A stretch of DNA of 64,000 nt from Felis catus. Lineage: Eukaryota. The notes beneath the pieces are model-generated. The model was given only the letters and a program-made list of their open reading frames with translations. It was not told where the DNA came from and ran no database searches. The position numbers and the translations under genes are program-made. Below, piece by piece: positions 51,076-64,000 of the stretch. Positions within the stretch are counted from its first letter, which is position 1, and each line of letters begins with the position of its first letter. Location of the stretch: the NCBI RefSeq assembly GCF_018350175.1, contig NC_058368.1:216940001-217004000 (forward strand), read 5' to 3'.

Positions 51076-51792
51076 AGGAATGCGTAATACAATTGAAAAT
51101 TCATGGTTATATATCTATTGAAATTGCATTAGATTACACTTTGCTTAACTTGAATCAAGGGAATAAAACTTATCAATTTTCAACTAAAGAGTTTTGATTC
51201 CTCTCACATTTTATTTTGATTATATGAAAGTACAATATCTCATAAGCTCCCTCTGAATCTAAGGAAACATGGATCACATCAATAGGACATAGATCAAAGG
51301 GGATGAAGACAATGAAAGAAGAATTAAAGGTTCTTTTATTTTCTTTCTAACTTCCAATTGATAACTAATTATGGGGGTAAGTCTTCAGTTCTTTGATTTG
51401 CTTTAAACCAATTCAAAAAGGAACAAAGTACCTGAAACCTTAAAAGACAGTATCCGTTACTGAACAAAGTGCAGTTCATAAAGTCCCTGTGCATCTCGAT
51501 GCACTGTAAACGGCTAATTCCAGACTTTTCTAAGAGAGTAAATTCAGAATTGTTATTGTTGGCTTAGCTCACTCAAGCCATCTTATCCCCTAATTTGTCA
51601 TATACCCTTATTTGTTGACTTATGTTTTGGGGATTATGGAAGGAGCAAATACGTGATTGCATTTTACTTTGAAATTGCAGCTTATCTTGACATTTTAAGG
51701 ATGTGAACTAGGCAGAACACAGTTAAAATAACAAATGTAAATATGAGAGATAAGTCACATAGCAGTTTCATATCAGCTACTCAATGATAATA

Positions 51793-51986
51793 TTTTTTTA
51801 ATGTTTATTTTTCAGACAGAAAGCGAAGCCGGGGAGGGGCAGCGAGGAGGGTGGCGGAAAGAAGATCCGAAGTGAGCTCCGTGCTGACAGCAGAAAGCTG
51901 GATGCGGGGCTCGAACTTACAAACTGTGAGATGACCTGAGCCAAAGTCAGACAGAAGTACAACCAACCGAGCCACCCAGGCACCCC
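51793..51986 (-). mobile_element. CanSINE, diverged
   Basis: Antisense body; TSD tactcaatgata. Confidence 0.9.
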
Positions 51987-53437
51987 AGGTACTCAATGAT
52001 ATTCTTAAGAATTCAAATTATTTTTATTTATTTTTTTACTTTTCTATCCTGTGGAACTTCGCTTTTATGTTAGACTGATACCCTTAAAAACGTCAGTATA
52101 ATCCTAGGTCTAGAAAGGGCACATGTTTATGATGTCTTTTAGAAGAAAGAAACCTTTCCCGGAGGTCTCATTCACATACTACACCTGATTTTTTGTCAGG
52201 TCAAGATTTGCATAAGATACCTATGGCAAAATCAGTCACTAGTGAAGGACAGAGTTTGATCAGTTTAAAAGATTCATGATTTTCCCTGAAACTGATGCTA
52301 TAGTCACCTTCTCCGAGTGGTGGCTATCAGAACAGATGTACGATTCTGTCAGCAAGAAAGAATGGAAGAACGGATAACTGAGAGACAATATACTGGGTGT
52401 GCTACAAGAAATTTGTCTTTGCTGGGACCCAGTATTATTTCTCTATTCCTGTTCTGACCTTTACTACCACTGAGACCCTCTGCCTTCTTGGTGTTTTTGA
52501 CTTTGTTTGTTTGTTTTGCTTTTAAACCAAAGCATCCTAAAATAACAATCTGGGTCTTCCCTCTGCTAAAGCACGTTATACTCCCAAATTTCATCATAGT
52601 CATTTTCTTGGTCCATTCTCAACATCTATTCCTCAAATATGTTGGGACTTAACATCAAAAGCAAAGCAACTTACTCAAAGTAAAGATGAACCATAGCATT
52701 TTGAAAATAATTGAGAGCTGATTTGTGTCTTTACCTCTAAGTTCCTGGACATTCCTTTAAGTTATAAAGTTACAATGAAGTTTAAATTCATTGCCCCAGA
52801 TTCATGAATATGGCTGTCTTGGTTTAACATGGTTCAGCTAAGCACATAGAGTTTTGTGATAGACCCAAGTCAGGCACCCAAATGTGAACCTAGATTTTTT
52901 TTTTTTACCTGAGGAGAATAGCTGAATTTAAGCTCATTGTCCTCAATGAGGAACAAAATGCAAAACTCCAAGCGTTTTCATAATGAATGCGAAATACTAG
53001 GCAAGACTTTGATACCTGTATATTATTTGATAACAACGGCTCCTTAAATAATTGGTTTTGCTCTCACTGCTGTTAGTGTTATCATGACTACTATTATTTT
53101 AAAATCCCCAACACCTAGAACAGTATTCAGGAATGGCTAGACCTCAGTACATGTGTTTTAAGTGTATAAATGACTTAATTTTTTACAAAGGGAAGAAAAG
53201 TGTTGTGGTCTGTAACTTGCTCTATAATTTAAATGAAACAAAGAAGAAAAACAATGTTGAATTTAACTCGTCCTAAAAACCTCTCAGCCATTACCACAAA
53301 TAAAACATGGGTTTATTCACTATCCTGGTATGAGATTTTGGATCTCTGGAAATCATACATATTAAATATACAAGTCCATGAAGTGCTAGATTGTAGGAGA
53401 AAAAATGAAAACACAGGTCCTCAGTGTGAAATAGCTT

Positions 53438-53960
53438 AAACTGGACTTCTCTCTCCCACTACTCACAAAAAGTAACTCAAAATGAGTCAAAGACTTAAAT
53501 GTAAACGATCTGAAACTGTGAAATTTCTAGAAGAAAACATAGAAAAAAGATTGATAATGGTCTTGGCAATGATTTCTAGGATAAGATACCAGAAGCACAC
53601 GTAACATAAGCTAAAATTCAGTGGCACTACATGAAGATAAGAAAGCTTCTATACAGAAACGGAAACCATCAATAAATTGAGAAAGTGACCCCCAGAATGG
53701 GAGATGATATTTATAAACCACATAAATGATGAGGTGTTAATACTCAAGACACATCAAGAACTCATATAACTTAAGAGCAAAAAGTAAGTGATCCTACTTA
53801 AAATATGAGCAAAGGACCTGAATGGGCATTTTTCTAAGGAAGACACACAAATGGCCATCAGGTATGTGAAAAGGTGCCCCAAAGTCACTAATTGGTAGGG
53901 AAATACAAGTCAAAACCACAGTGAGATATTAATTGCTACCTGTTAGAATGGCTCTTATCA
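53438..53960 (+). mobile_element. L1 ORF2 fragment
   Basis: aactcaaaatgagtcaaagacttaaatgtaa..ctagaagaaaacatag..aagacacacaaatggcca..cctgttagaatggct. Confidence 0.85.
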
Positions 53961-54459
53961 CATGTCGCTAGCCAGATGAAAAGATCAAAATTCATAATTC
54001 GAAGTACTTTTCCCTTACTGAAGGTGTGTTACTTTCACATCATTGTCAAGCAGAAAAATCATAAGTCAAAACATCCTATTCTGGGGCAGTCTGAAATTAA
54101 ATCCTCATTATGTAATATATTACCATTAGTTTCTATTCTATGTGAACTATTTTTTTCTAAGGGATTATTTATCTATCTTATTACTGAATACCTTTGTTAA
54201 GTAGTGTTAATTATTCCCCTGGCTGTGTTCTTATAGCACTTTATAACTTTACATTGCTTCCGTTAGCAACCATTATTTCCTAGATAACAAATATGTTTAT
54301 ATCCCTGTCATTTGTAATCTGTTCTTGAGGTCAGTGACTACTGTTTGTTTATATTTTTATCCCCAGAATCTAACACTGTGCCATGGACAGAATAGTATTT
54401 AAAAATAACTTTAAATTGCATTATGTAAAATGAGTGCTTGTTTAAAATTGATTATTCTA

Positions 54460-54625
54460 GGGGCACCTGGGTGGCTCAGTTAAGCACCTGACTTTGGCTC
54501 AAGTCATGATCTCACAATCTGTGAGTTCAAGGCCTGCACTGGACTCTGGGCTGACAGTGCAGAGCCTGGAGCCTGTTTCCGATTCTGTGTCTCCCTCTCT
54601 CTCTGCCCTCCCTCCCTTGCTCGGG

Positions 54626-54656
<31 letters not shown>

Positions 54657-54680
54657 AAAAATAAATAGACATTTAAAAAA
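54460..54680 (+). mobile_element. CanSINE
   Basis: Full-length; TSD ttattctag. Confidence 0.95.
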
Positions 54681-55519
54681 ATTACAACTGCTTATTCTAG
54701 TATTTTGTCCTTGATCAACAATGGCAACAAATTTGCTCACAGTGACACATAGGTAAACTCATATTAATAACAATATAACTGATCAACCTGGAGCATTCTT
54801 TGTCTCACCTATTCTCATCTGAGATTTAAATATCATAAAAATACCAATGCATATGGAAAACTAATTTTCCCTGCCAACATGACTCCTATTTACTGTATTT
54901 TTCTTACTAAAAACAGATGGAACAAAAATGTGTGCTTGCCGAGATTTTTAACAAGTGATGTTTTATCAACACAAAACATAAAACAGATGATGCACAACTA
55001 TATCCAAAGATCACATAAAGCAAATAAGAGGACATGATTTTGTTCATTTTATGATATCTCTACATCATTGATGGTAAAATCACAAGTTCTTCCTAAAATA
55101 AATTAACACAACTAATATTTCCTGATGTTTCATTGCCTTGAGCGAGTATAGTAAGTAATGAAAGACAGATAATAAGGGCCTAAGAAACATTTTCAAGCCC
55201 AAGAGTTCACTCTGCAGGTGAAGGCATTGAGACAAGTCTGAAATATCAAGAGCTACAAGAGATTTATACACGTCAGTGTAAAAGACTAAAACAAAACAAA
55301 ACAAAAACACCTAAGAAGGTTTTGCAGATAAAATGTCCAGAGTTCTATATTTACACATTTTAAGTAGTTATGTTGGGTTTTATTATATATTTTACACATT
55401 TTAGCCGCACAATTTCCAGATTATTTGCCACATTTCTCTACTCTGATGGAGTTTTTACAGTACTGAGATTATCATTTTATAATCACGTTCTTATGCGATG
55501 TTAGTGGCAACTCTGTGAT

Positions 55520-55670
55520 TTTTCTCTTATTATTCCCATTGTATAGATGAAGAAACTTAATTCCCAAGAGTTTAAGTAGCTTGCCTAGAATCACTTAGCC
55601 TGAAAATGACTGAAGTAGGGTTGTAAGTCAAGTCTATTTAATTCAAACCTCTAAGAACTTTTCCTTCTAC
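55520..55670 (-). mobile_element. MIR relic
   Basis: tattattcccattgtatagatgaagaaact..taagtagcttgccta. Confidence 0.65.
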
Positions 55671-56794
55671 TATGTTCAAAATATCAGAATCCTATTTGCC
55701 CTATAAGTAATCTCACAGTTTCCACCTACACTTACATTTTAAGCATTTTTGGATCACACAGAAACATAAAATGTCAGGAATGAGATTCCTTGTGAGAGTG
55801 GTCATCTAACTACATACACCCGGTGTTTCAGATTTTTTCTACTATATTTGAAGAAATAGTTAACTAGACTCTCAAATTAATCCATTTAAATGATGATGTA
55901 TTCAAGTTATTGAATGCAAGAATATTTCAATATATCATATTACTAAAATGTTTATTTCAAAAGAAATTCTTTATCTGTATAAATTTTGTGTTACACTCCT
56001 CAGGATCAAAGATAATATATGTAAATCTTCTATATAGCCCCTTGCTACTCACATTTCCTCTTAATAAATTGGGCCCCATTTACATAATGAAATTTAAAAA
56101 AAAAAAAGATTCTTCAACATTTTGGCTGTGACTTCCTGAGACTAAATATATAGCAAGAGAGACTCCAGGCAGCTCAAGAGTCCCAGAGGTCCTTCTGGAT
56201 GACTCGAATGTTAATGACACCTGTGGCTAGGTGACGTTCCCAGAAAAGAACGCAGGGAATTTACGGTTATTTGGAGCCAATCTGATGGCTCCATAGGGAT
56301 TGCACTGAGGCACAAAATCAGTATAGTCTTCTCTTTTAAAAATACGCCTCCAGGGATGCTGGGTCTCACCCATTGCCTTGTGAACATTCAAGATGAGGTT
56401 TCCAAGAAGAGTACATTTATTGGCCTTCCTTTCTCACATTTGTGTCTTTCTCAATATTCTCCAAGGAAAAGAACATTAGTCTGCTCCCTTGAGAAGTGGT
56501 CTAAAGTAGATGACTGGAGTCCTAATGACATTGTATTGCAATGTGAATTCTCACAGGGTTTTACTCTATTTTCTTTCAGTCTATTTCAGACATGATATGA
56601 CTGGCACAAAGTGAAGCACTGTTGCCTATCTGTAATTAATGCAGATTAGAGAAATTCTACCATTTACTTGCCTTGCAATGATAATCCATTATAAATTTAT
56701 AACCGACTAAAATCGCGAATTTGGACAACTGTTTTGTTCTGTTAAGGCTGTCTAAATTTTCCTTTATTTTATAATCAAATAATAAAACTGAGGA

Positions 56795-56905
56795 TATTTA
56801 TAATATATATTTATATTTTTTATAAATTATAATTTATTATAAATTATAAATTATAATTTACAAAAATTATAATTTATAATTTATAATATTAAATTTATAA
56901 TATTT
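56795..56905. repeat. AT-rich low-complexity tract with a perfect 25-bp-arm palindrome
   Basis: 56835-56859 is the exact reverse complement of 56864-56888. Confidence 0.9.
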
Positions 56906-57391
56906 CACTTAAATGCAATTCTGAATTTATTCAAACTACAGTTAAGCTATCTTAGGGTTCTGAGAATTCCAAGAGTGTATTTCTCACATATTTTATTAAG
57001 TGAATTTAAATTCATTCGATAAAATGTCCTTAGGAAAATATGTTACAGAAGAAAATATTGAGTAGGAATGGCCAGGAACAAAGGTCTGTTGTCCAGTCTC
57101 CACCCATAGATCAAAAACATTAGATCAGTGTATTAAATACCAATGCTCGGATGAGAGGCCCCAGTATGTAGATTTGCTTTGGTATGACCCAGTGAGTGAA
57201 TAGAGAGACACAGAAATAGCCATGGCAGGTCCACATATGTACTGAACACAGAACACATGGCAGAAATTCCTTCCCCAAGAACAAAGGCAGATAGCATCAG
57301 TTTTACAGTTTTAATTTCTCTCTTCCTTCTTAAAAAATTACACTGCAAAGTACACAAGAAAAGTACGATTCTATTCTATTCTGTTGTCTTA

Positions 57392-57601
57392 ATTTTTTAA
57401 AATATTTTTTGTTTCTTTATTTCTTTTGAGAGAGACAGAGACAGCACGATTAGGGGAGGGGCAGAGAGAGAGGGAGAGAAAGAATCCCAAGCAGACTCCG
57501 TGCCGCCTGAGGTGGGGCTCGAACTCATGAAACAGCAAGATCATGACCTGAACTGAAACCAAGAGTTGGATGCCAAACCGACTGAGTCACCCAGACGCCC
57601 C
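57392..57601 (-). mobile_element. CanSINE
   Basis: Antisense body; TSD tctgttgtc. Confidence 0.92.
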
Positions 57602-58187
57602 TCTGTTGTCATATTAATAGAGGTCAGTTATATTAAAAACCTTTAAACACCCTGTTTGTTAAAGGCTATTTAATTGTTATGTATAGCACTTTCCAATCAT
57701 ACATTATAATTTTAGCGTATCTGTGGCACGTATGGAAACTGAAAGCTACAATAGACATCTCCCCATCAAATAACCTAATGTGACATGAAAAACATGTTAT
57801 TTTGACAGGCAATGCATGTTTATTTCACATTCTGTTCCTGAGATGAGCACATTCAAAACATATGGCTCTTCACCAGACTGGCATCCGTAAAATACATCTT
57901 TGACTATCTCTATGTGTCAGATACAAATCAATATAGTCTTCTGTTTTAAGAATGTATATATGTTTATAGGATGACTTTCATTATTGGATGTCCTAAATAA
58001 TTTTTTTGATAAGTTAGAAAGAATGAGCTTATTCTTACCCGCATAGATCTCCTTACTGTTAGAAAATGAACTCTATCCCATGAAGTTTGAGGTTCAGACC
58101 TTATTTGCCAGATAGAGAAACTATCCGATTTACAGGTTTCGGTTGGATGCAACGAGACTGGGAGCTTCAGTTAGAAGTAGCTTCTGA

Positions 58188-58400
58188 GGGATGCCTGGTG
58201 GCTCAGGTGGTTAAGCATCAGATTCTGGATTTCGGCTCAGGTTATGATCTCACTTTTCATGGATTCCAGCCCGGCGTTGGGTTTTGCACTGACAGTGCAG
58301 AGTCTGTTTGGGATTCCTTCTCTCTCCCTCTCTCTCTGCTCCTCCTCCAATTGCACACCCTCTCTCTCTCTCAAAATAAATAAATAAACATTAAAAAAAA
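58188..58400 (+). mobile_element. CanSINE
   Basis: Full-length; TSD tagaagtagcttctg / tagaagcagattctg. Confidence 0.93.
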
Positions 58401-58734
58401 TAGAAGCAGATTCTGGATCTTTTCCTTGACGTATTTCCAATACTTGCTCCTAAATTTGCTGCACGATGTATTCTTCCACACCTTACCAATTTCTTCTCCC
58501 ACTGAACCTCTCATAAGCTCTGTCTGGACCCAGGGTATTGTAGACTGATGGCTCTGTGCCTTGCTATTTCTGCGGCTTAGTCGAGTATGTGCATGTAAGG
58601 CCAATGAAGCAAATCAACATTTTATTAAACCCATCTTTGTAGCACCGATTACCAAGAAAGGTAAGAAAACTATGCATGTATCTATTTTGCATGTTTGATC
58701 CATTATACTTCAATATGGTTTTATTATTATTATT

Positions 58735-59290
58735 ATTATTATCATTTCTGCAAGAATCTCACAACGCGAATGAAGTAGTTTCAAACAGCAAACATTCATT
58801 GTGTGGTTCAGGGGTGGAGCGCTTTGGTCGGCCCTGGGCTCAGGGTCTTGCTAAAGCTGCAGCCAACGTGTCGGCTGGGCTGTTCTCATCTGTCGGCTTG
58901 ACTAGGAGGGATCTGCTGTCGAGCTCATTCAGATTTTTTTGACAGAATTCACTTACGTGTGCCTGAATGACCAAAAGCCTCAGCTTTCTCAGGGGCTGCT
59001 CACAGTTCCCAGGGGGCCTCCCTTGCCGTGTGAACTTCCTCAATACGGATGTTTACTCCAGGAAGCCAGCAAGGAGAACCTTTCATTCTAGTCCATTGAG
59101 GTGGATTCTGATGTATAACATAATGAAATCATAGCAGTGACATCCCATTTCCTTCGCCATGTAATGTAACCACGTCAAGGGATTCATTAGAAGTCAGTGA
59201 CAGGCCTTGCCTGCATCCAAGGGGAATGAAATTACATAAAGAAACAGGTAGTAGGAGGTAGGATATTAAAGATCACCTCAGAGTCTGTGA
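58735..59290 (-). mobile_element. MaLR LTR (MLT1E/F-like)
   Basis: tgggctcagggtct..gtgtcggctgggctg..cagaattcactt..aagccagcaaggaga..agtgacatccca. Confidence 0.75.
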
Positions 59291-61360
59291 GAGGATTATT
59301 TTAGTAAGTTGGTTGGCTAGAGTTCTATTTTTTTTGTTTTGTTTTGTTTTTAACTCTCTTTCTGGTAAAAAGAACTGCAGATTATGAATCAAAGAATTCA
59401 AACAAAGTTGTGTGGTCCTCTGCTACGTCAAGCCCGTAGAACTTCTTGTGTGATTCCATGGCCAGAAGAAGATGAGAATCAAGAGGGACACTGTTCCAAA
59501 AGTATCCATAACTGTAGCACCCACAGTGTTTGTAGGCCTATAAATATGCAAAGATCATTTTATAAACAATGCAGAAAATAGTTCTGCCTTCAAAATGGGG
59601 ATGTTTCATTATTAGGTTTGTCAAACTTCTATAGAAATACAAGATGCTGTTGTGGTCATAGGAATGTCAATAAAATTTTACATGCTGGTATTTTCCTGGT
59701 ACTAAAAAAAAAAATTCTTATTGCACAATTTTTGTATCATGTGACCTATTTCAACGTATCTACAGATCTCAAAAAAAGATAAATAATAAAAATATCTTTG
59801 TCTCAGTCATTTTTTTTGTTTTTTAATTTCAGAGGAAATTTCTTTGAGCTTAATTTTGTGACTTGACATACATTTGGCAGCAGGACAAGGTAAAAATAAT
59901 TGAAATAATGTTGGTGAATGTGCTTGAATAATACAAACTGTTACTGAAAATAAAAAATAAAAATGGTAATAGCCAATTAGTTATCCTCAGTTCTCTTAGA
60001 ATTTCATATTTTTCCCTTGAGCTTTTATTTTATGTAAAGCCATATTAATTATGCTAGTTACCCAGCATTGAATTAATTTATTGATTGTAAATTCACTTGT
60101 CAACATAATTAGTATAATACACCTCTACATTTACTGCTCAGTTAGACATATAAACAGTTTTCTTTAGAAATTTAGCTCGACTAGCTTTTGAAGTTCTAAA
60201 TATAGAAAAAGGCTTTAGCAGAAAAATGCACTCAAAGAATCAAACAAAAATCTATGTAATTATTCTCAGTTGAAAACAAGGATGTTTACCTCTTTACAGA
60301 TACAAGTATGAAGACAAAAATTATTAAACTACTAATGAGCAATCATAGAACAGGGGAGAAGAAAACGGGACATTTCTCTTTACTATTTTCTCCTAACAGT
60401 GAATGATAGTCAAATGACCACTTTACAAATTGGAAGAGGCATTTGGGCATGTGCTTGATGGTGAATGAGTACAGTACATAGATGGCTATAGCTTAACACT
60501 AGGCGTAGTGCAATGTTTTCAGATAGAAAAACCCATTAAGAAAACATTGTCCCAATTTCAAAACAGACCAATTGTAAATTACCTTCATAGTGTTATAAAC
60601 ACAAAAGAGAGAGCTTTCTCAATGGATCAGATCATGTATAAATGACCTTTCTCTTCTGTCACTAAGTACCTTGTTATTTGCCTAAGTGTAGCCAGCTTGG
60701 GATATCACAGAAAAACTCTGCATATGACCTGATGAGGTTAAGGGGATGGGTCTTTTCCCACCGTTGGTGAAGGTAACAAATGAATATAAAGGTGCCATGT
60801 TTGACTACATTCTCTACAGGCTTTATGGTGTTGCTTTCAATTGTCTAAATTTATTATTCTTTCATCAGCCTTAAAATTCGTGTCAATATTTCACCTTTAA
60901 GAAAGTATTGAAAAGACATTATTTTGAGAGTATTGAATTATGTAAATTCTTATTTCCACTTTCTCCTTTCTGGCAACTCTCCTCCTTCCTGGACCTCCCA
61001 ACACACACTCATTATACCTCTGCACTGGTAAACTGGAATCATCTGGAATCATCTTGTCTGCTCACTTGTGGATATATTTCTAGAAGATAACAAGGACTAC
61101 CAAAAGATATGATAAGACCACCATGATTGGTTGAAAAAAAAAAAAAACTGCTGAGATCAAATTATCTGGAGTGATAAAAGATTTGAATTTCCAACATCTT
61201 TAATGGATTTATTATCAAATGATAGAAAAATCTTAGGAAAGATTTTAATCTAAAATGGGAAATTTCATTCAATATATGAGCAAATGAGAAGAATGCTTGC
61301 GGAGAGAGAGTAATAACTAAAATGAAGATATACTAGTGGTTCAGAGTCATCATCATAACA

Positions 61361-61585
61361 TTTTTTTTTTAATTTTTTTTTCAACGTTTTATTTTATTTT
61401 TGGGACAGAGAGAGACAGAGCATGAACGGGGGAGGTGCAGAGAGAGAGGGAGACACAGAATTGGAAACAGGCTCCAGGCTCTGAGCCATCAGCCCAGAGC
61501 CCGACGCGGGGCTCGAACTCACTGACCGCGAGATCGTGACCTGGCTGAAGTCAGAGGCTTAACCGACTGCGCCACCCAGGCACCC
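61361..61585 (-). mobile_element. CanSINE, young subtype
   Basis: CpG-rich; TSD cataacattttt at 61354-61365 and 61586-61597. Confidence 0.97.
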
Positions 61586-62361
61586 CATAACATTTTTAAA
61601 CAAAACATCATTAAATTTCTAAATAATATGTGCGTTCTTATTTCTCATGTTTTTTGAATGAATACATCATATCCTTACTGCAGATACTCAAAATTAAGCA
61701 CAAAGTCTCCAGTTACGTGCTACATGTGGTCGTTACCTGTATTCACTCAATAATATATATTCAACAAATATTTAATGGCCTCTTTCTTTATGTAATATAG
61801 TTTGTCTATTTCTCCTGAGAATACAAAGATGAATAAAGTATTATTTTAAACTAAATGGTCTCAAAAACTTATATGGAAATAGAATATTATACAAACAACT
61901 ATTGTATTTAACAGAATACATTAATTAAGTATACTGCAAAGTACCCTTTGGAAGCCCAGAGCAGGTAACAAAACTTTGGTCTGAAATCGTCAAAACAGAC
62001 TTTTGGAGAAATTGATGTTTGCTTTTAGCCTGGATAGTGAATTTTAATGTTAGAGGAAGGTTAAATTTGAATACATAATGAAATACCAACTTAAATTTTT
62101 AAGTAAGGAAGAAAATGTTGTACCTATCTTTCTGTGTCTTTCCCATGTAAGCAGGCTTAAAGATAAGCTATTATATTTCAAATTGCTGGCTTAAGGTATG
62201 AAAATCAACTATTATGGAGGTTTCTACTTTAAATTCAAATAAGGTTTTAACTTTTTTTTTCTCCAAATTTTGTCTTTCTTTGAAAGCATATTGCCTGGTC
62301 AACCCTAAAGACTGATTGATCTTAATATATCTGGGCTCCAGGATTTTTTAAGGCAGGGTGA

Positions 62362-62363
62362 TT

Positions 62364-62402
<39 letters not shown>

Positions 62403-62404
62403 TT
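62362..62404. repeat. (ATTT)n microsatellite
   Basis: Tandem units seen directly. Confidence 0.95.
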
Positions 62405-62864
62405 GTTACTTCATTTGCCATGAAGTTCAACATCAGCTTAATTTTCAATAACAATGTATGACTGTATGCATCCAAGTGTATTGTCTGAACTTTTTCTCAT
62501 TTTTAAAAAAGCCACGAACCATGGTTGTGAATATACCTGAATATAATTATCTTTCTATTTTGAAACATTTTCATTGACGTGAAAATATAAAAACTAGGAT
62601 GTCTATTCATCTGTCAAAAACTAGGTTGTCTGGGACGATCCTGATTTAGGTTTGTGATTTTTGAATAATGACTAATTGCATCCCATTTCACTTCTGGAAG
62701 TGGCCTAATTTAGACAATTATTTGATCACTCCAAATAAAATGAATGAATATGTGCCATCCAGTCAGCTGAATGATATGCATGAGACATACCTTGGCCACT
62801 ATCCAATCCCACCTTCCTTTCTTTTTTACATTAAAAAATATATATGGAAATTACAGACATACAA

Positions 62865-63303
62865 TGTTGTGGGTTGAAATGTGCCCCCTCTGAAACAGAA
62901 TGGTGAAAGTTCCTTTATTTGTGAATGAGAGTTTTTTGGAAGTAACATCTTTGAGATGTAATCAAGTTAAGATGAAGTCATACTGGATGAAGCTAACCTG
63001 CATGCAATGACTGGTGTCCTTTTAAGGAGAGAGAGAGACACACATACAAAGTGAAGATGGCCATATAATGGTGAAGGCAGAAATCAGAGTGACCCAGATA
63101 CAAGCCAAGGAATGCCAAAGGTGGCCACCAATGACCACAAGCTACAAATAGGCAAATAAGCCTAGCACCTTTAGAAGGAGCATGGCCCTAACACCTTAAT
63201 TTCAGACTTGTGGCCATCAGTATTGTGAGAGAATAAATTTCTGTTATCTTAAGTCACCTAGTCTGTGATACTTTGTGTTACATCATCCCTAGTAAACTAA
63301 TAG
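62865..63303 (+). mobile_element. MaLR LTR (MLT1B/C-like)
   Basis: tgttgtgggttgaa..gatgtaatcaagttaagatgaagtcatactgga..caagccaaggaatgccaa..gagagaataaatttctgtt..aaactaata. Confidence 0.85.
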
Positions 63304-63329
63304 AATGGGTATGTCCATGAATGTCTTTA

Positions 63330-64000
63330 TAGTTTATCATATGTACATGCTGATCACATAGAATATATATACACTACCATTTTCATAAATTAATGCTTTA
63401 TATAAATGGAATCGTGTTGTTTCTATTTTTCTGCTATTTGTTTCCTGAAATACTATGTTGATTTATTTTAGCTAAACTGTGAGATACTATCTCTTTTCAT
63501 AAATAAAAACATACACGTGTAAACTACAGGGCATATATCACTTCTGTTGTTCATGAATATTTATACTAGCAATTTATTGGTATTACAAATATATCTTACG
63601 CTTGTCTTTTTGTATATATGTGTGTACAAATGAGTAGGCAATGCAATTCTTCAAATTTATGTGGTATCCTAAACTGTTCCCCAAATTGGTTTAGTAATAT
63701 TTAACCCCATTCAGGAAGGCATAATAAATCATTTTGCTTCCTGTTACTGCCAAGTTTAGTATCAGAGCAACATTCCCGTGGTCAACATATCTTTCTCTTT
63801 TTGTTGTTTTGTTTTGATTGGTTGGTTGGATGGTTTTGCTGAACAGTTTTAAGTGAGGACTTCTGCTTCTTCCTTGTTTTAATTTGCAGTTCTCTGATAA
63901 CTAGTGAAGTTCATATATTGATATGTTCATTGGGATTTCAGAGATTTTGTCCTGTGGATTACATGATCATTACTTTGCCCCTGAATGCACCCCCCAAAAA
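63330..64000 (-). mobile_element. Old L1 3' fragment
   Basis: atataaatggaatc..ttgttttaatttgcagttctctgataactagtgaagtt..atatgttcattgg. Confidence 0.7.

Noticed and set aside
8562..58440. Many ORFs sharing AQVMIS..GSVLTAQSLEP..DSVSPSLS or LRERE..RERETQNPK peptides, resembling a gene family
   Set aside because: They are translations of CanSINE copies in either orientation
1..64000. CRISPR array, operon or other prokaryotic or viral system
   Set aside because: The sequence is mammalian; recurring repeats are dispersed SINEs without regular spacers; I recognised no gag, pol, env or non-retroviral viral ORF

Overview
AT-rich mammalian genomic DNA from a cat-family (feliform) carnivore, judged from about 33 tRNA-derived CanSINEs of the SINEC_Fc type and a felid-type L1 3' end. 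It looks intergenic or deep-intronic. I cannot support any intact protein-coding gene, RNA gene or CpG island. Most ORF-track entries are SINE-derived, L1-derived or chance. The window is a layered set of CanSINEs, L1 fragments of several ages (one clear and one probable 5'-inverted copy), solo ERV1 and MaLR LTRs, hAT DNA-transposon relics, MIR/L2 relics and microsatellites. The main unexplained signal is a series of minus-strand, splice-site-bounded unique segments: a ~540-nt coding-like block with in-frame TGA stops (470-1013), three close exon-like blocks with two consecutive GC donors (9.7-10.15 kb), and others at 17.8-23.2 kb and 41.3-41.7 kb. These may be remnants of a decayed multi-exon gene or exons of a lncRNA, but I could not identify the protein and chance is not excluded. 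Repeat family names come from recalled consensus motifs, not a database search, and old-element boundaries are approximate.
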